From Camelus ferus (lineage: Eukaryota): a stretch of DNA of 64,000 bases. How positions within the stretch are numbered: position 1 is the stretch's first letter; every line of letters starts with the position of its first letter. A program made the position numbers and the translations under genes. Where the stretch lies: contig NC_045698.1 of NCBI RefSeq assembly GCF_009834535.1, positions 1,242,001 through 1,306,000 on the forward strand, read 5' to 3'. The notes beneath the pieces are model-generated. The model made no database searches and was not told where the DNA came from. It saw only the letters and a program-made list of their open reading frames with translations. This document shows, one piece after another, positions 1 through 12,200 of the stretch.

Positions 1-429
1 AGGACTGGCATCATCAGCATCTTCTCGCGGCGGAAGCTGTGAAACGCCGTGCAGCTCCGCAGCTGGCCCTCCTGCCGGCGGCTGCTCTGTGCCCAGGCTG
101 TGGTGGGCTGGCACCTGCGGTCCGAGGGGCTGTGACGGGGGCGGAGCAGCAGGGAGGCTGTGCAGAGGGTGTCTCCTGAGTCCGCGGTGCCGCCCTGTCC
201 ACAGCGTCCTGAGACCAGAGGGGAAGCACGTGCCTGGATTCACACGGGACCAGCTTGCCTTCCCGGAAGCAAACGTGTAGACGTAGTTTACAGATGCGCG
301 AACATAAATGGGCTGGTACACATGTGAAATTTTCTTCTGAGTCGGCCAAGTGGTCCTAGAAGCAGGGCGGCCCGGCAGCAGTGAGCACGGCTCAGGCCCA
401 GCCCTTTGCAGCGCCGTCCTCCAGGGAAG

Positions 430-1618
430 GAACCAGGGGACGAAGTGATCAGGATCAGCCTGGAGCATCTGGTGGCGCCAGAAAGTAAGAAAGTGCTTAA
501 AAAATTGAAAAAACAACCCCCAAACCCCAGACAAAGAAAAGGCCACGATGATGGGAGCACATCGAAGGGACACAGGAACAAAGTGAAGGAGCGCCAACAG
601 GACAAACTGGAACGTTTAGAGCAAGAAAAAAAGTAGCATTGGATTATAACCCAAATATAAAATAAATATCCATGAGTCTATAATGATATAAATAATTGAC
701 TGCATCAAAAACTAAACAGGAGAGAAGAGACAAAGCTCCTGCAGAGTCATACACAATGGACCCTTGAACAAAGTGGGGTTTGGGGCGCCAGCCCTCTGCA
801 CGGCGGACGATCTGCGTACAGTTGCGCAGTCGGCCCCCCCCCCATGCGTGTACAGGGTCCCTCTGTGCCCACCTGGCCGTGGGCTGTGTGGTGCTTTAGC
901 TCTTACTGCTGAAAAAGAGCCACACGGAAGTTGATCCTCGCAGTTCAAACCCATGCTGTTCAAGCTCAGCTGCGTGTAGCTGCTTTGCCCTCATGCAGGT
1001 GAAGCACAACCCTCCGTGCCTTGAGGGTGGGCTGTGCAGTGACCTCTTGCACAGGCTACGGTGTGCAGAGGAGGAGAGTGGACGGGCCTGGTGGGCACGA
1101 CCTCAGCCAGGGGCTCAAGGTCGACCTCAGTAGTCATGTCACGTCAGCAGTGTGTACACTTGGTACAACGTGATGCTCGATGCTCTTTTCCCCAAACCCA
1201 TAACCCCAGTCTACTTATTAAAAAAAAAAATCAAAACACATTCTAATAGAAGGACGTTCTATAAGACACCTGACCCATACTCCTCAGAACCGCCCAGATC
1301 ATCAAAAACAGGGGAAGTGTGAGAAACCATCATCTGAGAAGTCTGAAGAGACATGGCAGCTAAAGGTACATGGTAGCGTACACAGGACCCTGTAGCAGCA
1401 CAAAGATATCTAAGGAATCCAAATTAAACAAGTGCTTTAGTTAATAATAATGTGTCAATATTGGTCCATTAATGCAAACACATACACCATAAGGACGGAA
1501 GCTGTTGTTAACACGAGCCCCTGGCGTGCGGTGTCTGAGAACTCTCCCTCCTGTCCTCACGATTTTCTCTTAGTCTAAAATTGTTCCGAAATAAAGCATT
1601 TATGTAAAAGCAAAAAGA
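430..1618 (+). mobile_element. Ancient L1 3' end/3'UTR fragment (L1MC/L1MD-like), interrupted by a MITE at 754-972
   Basis: Segments 'gtagcattggattataacccaaatataaaataaatatccatgagtc', 'ccccaaacccataaccccagtct' and 'tttagttaataataatgtgtcaatattggtccatt' resemble recalled L1MC/MD 3' consensus. Ends with 'aaataaagcattt' and an A-rich tail. The subfamily is not resolved. Confidence 0.75.
754..972. mobile_element. TcMar-Tigger non-autonomous element (MER8/Tigger3-like MITE)
   Basis: Degenerate terminal inverted repeats 'caatggacccttgaaca' (754) and 'tgttcaagctcagctg' (ends 972) resemble the Tigger TIR CAGTTGACCCTTGAACA. The subterminal 'cgcagttcaaacccatgctgttcaag' also fits. Length is about 220 bp. 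Confidence 0.75.
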
Positions 1619-2229
1619 AAGGAGCTGCCGCTTCCTACCAACCCGAAGTGACACAGAGTGGTTTACCCTCACGCCTGAGGAAAATGCAGACAGTTTTTCA
1701 AAACACTGAGGAAACAGAAGTTCTCAAAGCACGATGAGGAGCACTGGCCCCTGGGGTACTGGACGCAAGCGAGGTGGGCCCAGCATCGTGCAGCTGGCTG
1801 TCTGGACAGCTCTGCGTGTGGCGCAGGGAGGGGCTTGCCGAGTGGAGGGGCTGGAGATGCGAGTTTGGCAGCCAGAGAGCAGAGGACAGTACCAGGGAGA
1901 GAGAGAGAGAGAAAGAGGGAGTGAGAGGGGCAGAGAGCATGAGTGGGCGTGCGAGCACTGCTCAGACACTGAGGGTCACCCTTGGGTGTGCAGTGACGGC
2001 AAGCAGGGAGGCGGCCAGCCCGTGTGTGTGAGGGTAGCAGTGAAGACTGGGGCCAGAAGCACCCAAAGACTCGGCATGAACAGTGACTCCTGAGATGAGG
2101 GCCACTCCTGCCAGGCAGAGAGAGACCTCCAGTTTCACAGGACTCGGAGCAGACGAGCCGTTACAGCCCTCACACCAGCGCGGCACACTGAGACCCTGAC
2201 CAGGCACTCCGCCAGCCCTGCCTGCCAAA

Positions 2230-5200
2230 TCTTAAAGGGAGAGCCAAGAAATTTAGTGTGGCCCCAGAGCTCAGCCTGAGAATGTTTAGCAACACAGAAA
2301 TATGCCGCACCTACCAAGCTAAAATTCACCCTCTGCGACGTTCAATAAAACAAACTGCCGGGCGTGCATAAGGCAGAGACCTGCGGCCCACGATGAGGGG
2401 AAAAGTAATCGTTTGAAGCCAAAGCAGGACACAGATGTCGGAGTGAGCAGACAAAGACATTAAACAGCTATAACCTAATTCTAGTTGTTCAGAAAGTCGA
2501 AGAGAAACACACGGATCATATGAAAAAGACCTAAGTGAACCGAGGTGTGAAAAATACCGTATCTAAGATGAAAAATACACTGAATGGAATCAACAGCTGG
2601 TTAGTTTTTTCAGAAGAAAAGATAGTGAACTTGAAGGCAGCAACTGAAACTATCAAAAATGAAACACAGACAATACAAATAATTTAAAAAATGGTGGGAG
2701 CAACAGATCATTAGTGAACTCTGGGACACACGCAAGCAGCCTAATATGCGTGGAATACGAAATACTAGCAGTGCGGGCAAGCCCAGCGTCCTGGCGTCCA
2801 CGAAGGAGAAAGGGGTTGAAGCAGAAGAAGTGTTTGAAGAAACTGTTCGCCACGATTTTCCAAATGTAAAGAAACTTATGAACATACACTCCTATGAAGC
2901 TCGCAGACCACTGCTACGGGGAGCATGCGGGGAAGCGCACAAAGGCTCGCCAAGGCCAAATGCTCACCAGCAGCGATGCAGAGGAGAGCTTAGCGCGGCC
3001 GACAGAGCAGACACGCTGTGAACAGAGGAGCCAGGAAAAGGAGGCTGCAGATTTCTCACTGCAAACTGGGCAGGTGAGAGGACAGTAAATCCCTGTCTTT
3101 AAAGTTTTGAAAGAAAAACAAACAACCTAGAATTCTATACCAAGCAAAACTGTCTTTCAAAACAAAAGTGAAATAAAGCTTCGGACACACAGAAGCTGGC
3201 AGGTTTACCAGCAGCAGCCTTGAGGTGCAAACAAGGTGAAACAAGGCCTCCCACAGCAGAAAATGATGGCAGATTGAGAATGTGTGTCCTCACAAAGGAC
3301 GGGGGCCACCGGGAACGGTAACTGCATCCCTGGTGTCTCTAAAACATCTTCTTGTCATTTAAATCTCTTGAAAAATAGTTGTCTGTCGAAACCAAAATAG
3401 CGGTCACGTGTGGGTTAACGTGCAGGCATGAAAGATACGAAAACAACAGAACGAGGCTGGAAGGCGAGGGATGGGAGGCTCTTATTTCTACATTAAGTGG
3501 CATAATTTAACGGTAGACCAATAAGGGAAACTGCATACTGTAAACTCTAATGGCTAAAGACACAATGAAATGCTGAAAGCTGTAGCTAATAAGCAAACAA
3601 AAAAGGTAAAATAGGAAATGAAACAGTGATTAATCCAAAAAGGGCACAGAAAGAAAAAAGGCAGCATGTGAGATGGGACAGACGGAAACCAAAGGAATGG
3701 CGATAGAGTACAACCTAATTATGTCAATACTCATCTTAGATGTAAATGGTCTAAATAGCGTAATTAGAATGCAATAATTATAAGCTTGGATAAAAAGAAA
3801 CACGCAAGCATGTGCTCACGAGAAGAAACCATTTTAAATACAAAGACACAGACAGATTAAAAGTTAAAGTGTGTAAGAACTACACCACAATAACACTGTA
3901 AAAGGTAGCATTTTAGTAGCTGCAGTGTATCAGGCAAAGTAGATTTCAGAGCAAAAAACATCACAAATTCATAATGATGGAGATGTGACTTCATCAAAAG
4001 GATGTAATAATCCTAAGCATGTGTGTATATAATAATAATTCTTTAAAACAGATGAAGCAAAAGTTAATAGTAATGGAAAATATAGACAAATCCATAAATA
4101 CACTGAAGACTTCAGTGCTCCTCTCAGTAATTGATCGTAGAAGCATGTGGATTATCTGTAAGGATATAGAAGATCTGAAAAAACACGATCATTTAGTTTA
4201 CCTGATTTACTTTCACAGAGAACTCTGTGAAACTGTAGCCAAATTCTTCTCACACACACAAAGCATTTACCAAGATAGACCACACTCTGGGCCACGAAAC
4301 AAGTCTTAATAATTTAAAAACGATTCAAGTCATGCAAAATATCTTCTCTGCTTGAAGTGGAATGAGATTAGAAATCTCCAGCAAAATTAACTCCTGAAAA
4401 TCCCCAATATTTAGAAGGTAGGTGACGCACACCTGTGCAGCCCATGGTTAAAGAAGCCCTCGAGGTGGAATTAGGAAGCATTCTGAACTGGAACGAAGGT
4501 GAAACCGCTGCAGCCACAAGGAGTCTGTGGGAAGAGGTGCAGTGAGAGGGTTAGTTACAGAGTCAGATGCCTTTGAGAAATAAAAGGAGGTCCCGAATCA
4601 GTGAGGTCAGGTCTTTCAGTAAGAGACTAGAAAAAGAAGAGCAAATTAAACCAAAAGTAAGTAGAAGAAAGGAAATAAGCAGAGAGGGAATCAACATAAT
4701 AAAAAAATGGGAAAACAGTAGACAGATTTAAATGAAACCAAGGGTGGGGTCTTTGAGGAGATCAATAAAATTGGTAAAATTTTGCCAGATTGATTAGGAA
4801 AAAAGGGAAAAGACAGGCACGCCTGACACCAGAAGGGAGAAAAGTTCTGTTATGACAGGTGTTAGCAGGTCAAGGGGAGAACGTTGTAAGACAGTTTCTT
4901 CCAATGAAGTTTACAACTTGGATGAAATGGGAAAAAAATCCTTGAAAATCACAAGCTATAAAATCTCATTCAAAAATAGACAACTTTGAATAACCCTAAA
5001 AAAGTAAACTTTGACCCACATGTCTTCACAAATTCGACCAAAGATTAAAGAAAAAAGAACACTGATTCTGCAGAACTTGGAGAAAACGGAAGCGGAGAGG
5101 ACTCTTGGGCACTCGCTCCATGAGGCCCGCGTGGCTCTGACACCCAGATCCGACCGACGTTGTAACTGAATGAAACTACAGACCGATAACCCTCGTGAAT

Positions 5201-6930
5201 GTAGGTGCAGAAATTCTAAACACAATTTTAGCAAATCGAATCCAGCAATATATGAAAAAGACAGTACATTCCAAGAAAGCAGTGCTATTCCAGGAAGTCA
5301 AGCTTGGCCTAACATCAGAACATTAGTAGATGTCGTTCACCACACTGACACACTATGGAAGAAGAAACATGGTCACCCCGATACCTGTCAAACTCTTTTT
5401 TTAGACCAACAGTAATTCCTGATGAAAACTCTCAGCAAACTCGGAACAGAAGAAAACGGGCCTCACACTGATAGAGGTCTACGTGAAAATAAACAAATAA
5501 ACAGTCAGCCAAACACAAAACCATGCTCGACATAGTAAATGGTGCAGCAGCGCAGGCTTTCCCTCTAAGACCAGTGAGTTGAAAAGGACAGTCTCTTTTG
5601 TTACTTATGTTCAGCACTGTGCTGCATCCTCATCAGCACAGGGAGTTTGAAAAAAGGCAGGGAAAACAGACAAAGTGGCGACGCAAAACTGCCTTTATTC
5701 TCAGACGGCGCAATCGTCTGTGTGGGAGGCGACCCTGTGAAATGTACGAATAAGCTACATAAGCTCAGAAGCAACGGAGCAGGTGGCAGGACGCAGCCTC
5801 AGTGTGCAGGTGTCAACCGTGGCTCTGCATTCGTGCCATGAGCTATTGGAAACTGACACAAAAAGTTTACAACTGCATCTGGCCAAAATGTGCAAGACCT
5901 TCTAAAAAGTGCAAAGCGTTGCTAAGAGCAATTAGGAAACACCTAAACAAAGGAGACGTGTGCCTGGCCCCAAGGATCCAGCATTGCTAAGATGTCATTT
6001 CTTCCCAGGTCGGTACATTCAGAGGTATCCCTATGAGCAGGCTTCTATTTTTGTACAAACTGAAAAGGGCTTTGAATTGTCAAAACAACTTTGAAGGTGA
6101 AGGACAAGGTTAGAAGAGGGACACTAACTTACTTCAAGACCTGAGGCTCCAGTAACCACGAGAGTGGGCGGCAGCAGGTTAGACAACAGTTTAGCTGAAG
6201 TGGACGAGGGAGTGTGTGGAAAACTGAGCTTCAACAAGACGCAAAAGCAAGTTAGCAGAGAAAGGACGGCCTTCTCTGGAAATGGCGCTGGAAGAGTTAG
6301 ATATCCACATGAAGAAGATGAACTGTAATAGGCACATCATACAGAAATAGGTTATAGACTTGGATGTAAAGCCTAAAACTTCACGAAGTTTTAGAAGGAA
6401 TCATTGGAGAAAATCTTTGTGACTTTGAATCAGGCAAAGAGTGCCTAAATATGCCATCAGAAGGATGGTCTTGAAAAGCGAAACTGATGAATTAGGCTTC
6501 ATAAAAATGAAAACGTCTGTTCTCTGCCAGATGCTGGGAGCCTGGTGAACAGACAGGCCAGCAGCTTGTCTTACAAAAAAAAAAATGCCACCTTACATTG
6601 ACAAAGGACTTGTATCCAGAATATGCAAATAATTCTCAAAACTCAGTACAATGGAAGCCACCCAATAGAAAATGCACAAAAGGTGTGAGCGGAGCGTCCC
6701 CTTCGGAGCTGCGTAGACAGTAAACCCGCCCACGACAGAATCGTCGACGCCGTTAGGTACGAAGGAAACACACACTAAAACCACTGCAAGATGCCTTACG
6801 CAGCTGTTAGGGGACCAGGGTGCAACACACCCACATGCCGAGAGCTGCTCCAAAAGACGAGGAGCTGGAGCTGTCACGTGCCCTGGTTGCAACAGAACAC
6901 ATGACCGCCACCGTTCTGTAAGTTGTTTTT
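2230..6930 (+). mobile_element. Ancient, decayed near full-length LINE-1 (5' region, ORF1 and ORF2 remnants), first segment
   Basis: A-rich + strand. ORF1-like 'caacctagaattctataccaagcaaaactgtctttcaaa' (~3123). ORF2 start-like 'tcaatactcatcttagatgtaaatggtctaaat' (~3725). Endonuclease-region 'caagatagaccacactctgggcc' (~4271). RT-region 'gctttccctctaagacc' and 'gcctttattctcagacggc'. Late ORF2 'gacaaaggacttgtatccagaatat'. Many stops and frameshifts. Confidence 0.9.
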
Positions 6931-7842
6931 GAGTTTCGCACTATTGGTTTTTTATTTAACAGCCCTTGATGTATTTGTGATCAGTAGATGATAAAGGGCT
7001 ATTGCAAAACCACAGGCATGCTCCCATGGCACCCCGAGAGCAGCGCCGTGGAGCCGTGTCGGCGTGGAGCCGTGTCGGCGTGTGCGTGTGGTGGGAGCGC
7101 TGTCCTCCGAGGCTCACCGGGCAGTTCTGTTCTGCCGCCACCCGCCACACACGTTCCGCACACACTTAATACGTCATTTTCCATTTTCCCCACTGACCTG
7201 CTCACTGGGCCGCATGTGTCTCCACCTTCAGGCGAGCAGTGCCGCCCTGGCCCCCACACTAAGTGGCCAGCGGGCAATAGGGGCCCAAAGCTCAGGTTTT
7301 AGAGAGAGTAGTCACTTCTGTCCTTGGAAGAAAAGTGTAATGGGCGTCAGGAAAGGCTGACAAGGTGACACAACTCTGAGCAGGCTTCAGAGTGTTTCAC
7401 ATGTGTCTCAGGTCTGGTAGAACCCTGAGCTCCAGGCCCATTCAGCTCGTTACGAGGAAGCTGTTACTATGGTCCTTCAAAGGTGCTGGCAACAATTCTG
7501 TACTCTGTGCTTTTGTTAAATGTTTGACTTTATTATGTTTTGTTTTCTAGCCACCAGGTGAAATTTCTTTGAATGTCTAATATGGTTACATCTTTTTTCA
7601 TCTTATATGACGTATAATATTTTATTACTTAATGAGATAATCAGGTGAAGACCGTTTTTTCTGTTGATTTAAATGCCTGGCCATGCTGTGATAAAAACCA
7701 GTAGCAGACCTTATTTATTTAAGATAAATAGCCCTTATGGATTCCCCTAAGATCTTAGTCATCGATGCCACATTCTGGCACAACGGTGGTGCTAAGAAAA
7801 GTAACACATTATTTACACATTAATTGTTTTAACTGAAGTCAC

Positions 7843-7959
7843 TTTATTTTTTATTTTGTTAAATTGTGATAAAAAGCACTTAACATGAAAGTTACCATCT
7901 CAAGCATTTTAAGGTGTGCAGCTCAGGAGTGTGAAGTACATTCACATTGTTGTGCACAT
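7843..7959 (-). mobile_element. Short antisense L1 3' terminus (L1MA/L1MB-like), 5'-truncated
   Basis: 'ttaaattgtgataaaaagcacttaacatgaaagttaccatctcaagcattttaaggtgtgcagctcaggagtgtgaagtacattcacattgttgtgca' resembles the reverse complement of L1MA/MB 3' ends. It is preceded by a T-rich tract, the A-tail on the minus strand. Confidence 0.8.
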
Positions 7960-8106
7960 AGTTCTTTTTTAAGACGTTAAACATCCGATTCAGCCATCCT
8001 GTTCCCATGCACTTACCCGAGAGGAAGTCCACAAGTGTGGAGGCGGCTTCCTCTGTGACAGCTAATAATTGGAAACAACCCAAATGTGCACCAACACGTG
8101 AAAGGA
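7960..8106 (+). mobile_element. Continuation of the ancient host L1 (late ORF2)
   Basis: 'aagacgttaaacat...cacttacccgagagg...taattggaaacaacccaaatgt' resumes the L1 consensus about where the 2230-6930 segment stops. Confidence 0.75.
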
Positions 8107-8322
8107 AGCATCAGCAGAGGACTGGATTCAGAAGCTGTGCTGTATTTGTACAACGGAACACTACTCAGCCATAAAAAGAATGAAATAACAGCCATTTGCA
8201 GCAACGTGGGTGGACCTGGAGATCGTCATGCTAGGTGAAGCGAGCCAGACAGAGAGAGAAAAATGCTGCGTGAGATCACTATATGTGGAATCTAAAGAAA
8301 AGGACACAGATGAACTATTTAT
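8107..8322 (+). mobile_element. Nested L1 ORF2 3'-end fragment (related to the L1 at 27263-28107)
   Basis: 'ctactcagccataaaaagaatgaaataacagccatttgcagcaacgtgggtggacctggagat...atatgtggaatctaaa' aligns by eye with about 27616-27805. Confidence 0.8.
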
Positions 8323-8620
8323 TATTTATAACTTAAATGACTGATTTCTTGAACGTGTGAAGCACACGTGACTGTTCTTTATGACTGGATCACCTGCAGT
8401 CTGTTGGTCTTTATTTTGTGGTTGGCTGTATTCCTTTGGTAACTATGTAAGTTTAAAAAGCTAAAGCTCTCGACTGTCCCTAGAAACAATGAACACGACA
8501 TGTGTGTAAACTGAAGCAAATACGTGCAGTGCATTGTATATATGTATTTACACACAATATATCATATACATGCAGTCAAATTATAACAATTCTACCGAAT
8601 AAAACTGAAAACTGAAAAAA

Positions 8621-8960
8621 AATACCTGTGGAAGGATAAACTGTTACGTCAGTTCAGCGGAATACTACTCAGCGAGGTAAAGGAGAAAAAACAAACTACT
8701 GAGACACAGGGCTATGTGGATGAGTCTTGAAACTATTACACCAGGTGAGAGAGTTCAGGCAAAGATGCGCCCACAGCGCACTGCCCTGTATTATAAAATC
8801 AGAGAAAACGAGAGCGGACCTGCAGAGACCGAGCAGGCGGGGGACGTGCGGGGTGGAGGCGGAGAGGAGCAAAGGGAGACTGCAAGCGCATTTGAGCTGA
8901 TGGGCGTGTTCGTCCTTCTGATAGATTTGGTGGCTTTTTCCCCCTTTAATGGTTAACACT
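8621..8960 (+). mobile_element. 3' part of the ancient host L1 (L1MB/ME-like end)
   Basis: 'ggataaactg...ggaatactactcagcg...caaactactgagacac...tggatgagtcttgaaac' is typical of old L1 3' ends. Confidence 0.7.
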
Positions 8961-9744
8961 GTATGTTTTAGAAAAACCATTAAAAAATCCCAAATTCGAC
9001 TCAAATGGCTCGCCACACCAACACAAATGCGAATTATAAACACGCATTTGCATACGGCATACGTGTGCATAGTGTGTTTGCGCAGAATTTCAAAGAAATC
9101 ACCTCGTGAAAGATGAGCTGATGGGATGAGCCGGTGAACTCTGTCCCGTGGCCTGGCCGACCCGAGAACTCGGTGTGCTCTCCTGTGAGACGGATTCCTG
9201 GGACTCGAGGCCATTACGCTTGCTATGACTTTGTGCCTTTTTAAAAGGCAGAAGGCCCCTGTCTAGTCACAGAGGGGTCCACGATCCTCAGAGGCGGAAG
9301 GAAGGCTGGGCCCCGGGAGGCCTGCCCCGGCCCAGCCACCAGGTGGGCCGGGACTACCTCGGAGCCTCAGCGCAGCTGCAGCCCCAGCCTGCCCGCTGAC
9401 TGGGACCCAGTTTCCGACCAGGCTGGAGCTCAGGGCAGAACAGTCCAGCCAGCGTTCTCACGACGTGCCCCAAATCTCTGCATTCTACATCCTGGCCAGT
9501 GGGTTTTCAAAGGGGACCGCGTGCCCTTGGTCACGGAGCTGTCCACTGCGGAGCTGACACTGTGGTGAGTGGCTCCCAGCCCTGGCGGGGGGCTTCTCAG
9601 ACGGCCTGGGAGATGGGGCAGGACGGTTCCCCCAGGCGTGCCGCTCAGGGGTCCTGGCAGTGGAGTGTGCGACGGTGCCCCCAGGTCCTCAGATGTGGCG
9701 TCTGAGGGGCATCCTTCTCCGATGTCGCAGAAGACAAGGTTGCA

Positions 9745-10055
9745 CGTCCTAGTTTATGCCTCTCCGACAGGACTGCCATTGAATGTGCCTCAGGGGACAG
9801 GCGCTTATTTCTGACAGCCCTGGATGCCGAGAAGTCCAAGACCAAGGTGCCGGCCGGTTTGGCACCTGCGTGGACCCCTCCCAGGTGAAGGACTGCGGGC
9901 TTCTTGTGTTCCCACCGGGTGAGCACAGGAAGGGAGTTCTCTTCTCGTAAAGGTCCATTCGAGAGACTCCGCCCTCATGACCTCGTCCTCCCCAGAGGGC
10001 CCCCCTCACTTTCAACATACACATTTGGGAGGACACAGACATTCCGTCCGGAGCA
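9745..10055 (-). mobile_element. MaLR solo LTR (MLT1/MST-like)
   Basis: 'gagaagtccaagaccaaggtgccggc', 'gccctcatgacct' and terminal 'ttcaacatacacatttgggaggacacagacattccgtccggagca' resemble the reverse complement of MLT1 LTRs. Confidence 0.75.
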
Positions 10056-12008
10056 CGGATGTTTAAGACCCGTGTACAAAAGAACTAACTTGAGCAGGCG
10101 GGTGATATGACTACCCAGCTCTGATAATTAAACCTCACTCAGTGCAGTGATGACCTGCTCAGACCCTTCGATGTTAGGAGTAGAAACACTGACCACCAGG
10201 TTGTGATGGTTCCCAACTGTCAGCCGACACCGTCGCTCTGTTACGGAGAAATGACACCTGGGAATCTTGAATTATGTGACTCAACTTTTAAAGAAGGAGA
10301 CAGAGCTCAGGGAAGCAGAGCGAGCTGGAGCGAGACGAGCCGAGACGCCTTCCCACGTCTCCACCGCAGCCCTGCAAACCCTGTCCCGGGGTCTCTGCTT
10401 GTGGTCCCTCCCCGGGACAACAGTCATGCTCTGCCTGCGGTGGCCCCTTCGACGCCACGTGACTCCCAGCATCACTGCATCCGCCAAGACTGCCCGGCAC
10501 ACAGGTCAGGAAAGCTGGTTAATGTTAGAGAGAATTCTGAATGCCAGGTGGGATCCTCAGAGCAGGCTGGGTTTAGCCAGATGTCCCCAGACAGCGTTGA
10601 TGATCAGATCTCCTTCCCAGCCAAACCCAGTCTCGCACGCTGTGTCCACATGTTCCTTCAGGTGGGCCTTTCCCTCAGTTAGACACTGAGGCCTGGGGTG
10701 TTGGACGGGCTCACCCCCTGGTCAGACAAAGCAGGACACTGTCAGTGAGAGCGTCTGCCTGAGGGAGAGATGAGGGCTTCTGCGCGTTAGGTATGCAGCT
10801 CCCAACTGAATGGCCATTCGAGTAGGTACCTGCCACCTTCCTGTGACCCCAGGCCAGAGCATCCCCTGAGCTTCCAGGGCGGCGGCAGGTGACCGCGGTC
10901 AGCGCCAGGACCGCGGAGTCTCCTTCTGTGCTTGGCTGGTCTGCTCGCCCTGCCCTGGGGGAACTGATAGTATTTCTTCCTTTAGTAAAACGGGTAACCG
11001 TTGCGAAGCCAGCGAGGAGGGCGTGTGGGCACCACGTGCTCCTGGCTGCACGAGGCAGGCCGTCGCCGGGCGCAGCGTCCGGGCTGACACCTCTGCTCCT
11101 CTGCCTGACGGGTCTGTGCGCTGGCTCGTGAGCAATCAATACCGCTGCCCCGGCCCTCTCTCCGCAGGTGCGTTGATGGATTGTCTCGTCTTCCTGCGCC
11201 CCCACCTCCGTCCCGATTTTGTTATCACTTTGTTTCTCTTGCTTTAGGGTTGAGCATCTGATAACATCTCAGCAGGATGACACAGAGAGAGTTTCCACGA
11301 CCTTATCCCCCGGCGAGCGTGTCCCGGTGACTGAGTGCCGGCCATGCCTGCAAAGCTGGGGCCGTGTCGCCCAGGCTCCCCCGGCCGATTTATGAGCTGT
11401 GTTCCAGAGCCAGTGATTGCAGGCGTCTGTCGCTAGGCTTTTCTGCCAAAGGTGGCCCCGTGCACCATTCTATTACCTGCGTTTAAGGAGACCAGCATCC
11501 GTTATACCAAGCCGTCTCTGGAAACGTGATTTACTCCCCCTGTGACGGGTGGGGATGGGGTGCTGAGAGCAAGCAGGGTGTGGCCGATCTGTCGCAAAGG
11601 GAGCCTCCTTACCTGCACGGAGGTCCCGTCAGGGACAAGCGGCGGGCCGCTCCTGCTCTAGGCGGCTTGTGGCCATCTGATGCTGTCACGCCCCAGCCCC
11701 GCTGCAGACGCTGGGCTCTGGGCTGCGCCCAGACCACCTGGGGCCCCACCCACTGCTCCGCAGCAGGAGGCACATGCTGAGGCCGCCTGAGCTGGAACCC
11801 AGTTTGCTGCTCCAGACTGGGATCCCTGCCTTCTCTGCCCTCCTCCCGGCGGCGGCAAAACCCATTCTCCCCTCCCAGGTGGTGTAAGGACGGCGGTTCC
11901 TGGAGGCAGGTGGCGAGGACAGTGGAGGCACCTGCCCTTTAAGTCCGGGTTCCCACACCCACTCCTGAGTGGACTTGAGGGTCGAATCAGAGCGCTGCCC
12001 CTGGCCCC

Positions 12009-12200
12009 GTGTCTCCCTGTATCCCTGTCCCTGTGTCTGCCTCTCTCTCTGTCCCCCCTGCCATGTCCCTGTCCCTGTCCTTCTCTCTGTCCGCCCCCAG
12101 CTCTGTCCCTGTCTCTCTGTCCCCCCGGCTCTGTCCCTGTCCTTCTCTCTGTCCCCCCCGGCTCACTCCTCCTGTCTTGTTCTGTTTTCCCCTCTCTCTT
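12009..12200. repeat. Pyrimidine-rich degenerate (CTGTCC)n / CT-rich simple repeat
   Basis: Repeated ctgtcc and ctctgt units are directly visible. Confidence 0.85.

Noticed and set aside
7047..7081. 16-bp tandem duplication (cgtggagccgtgtcgg x2)
   Set aside because: Trivial local duplication within the inserted segment.
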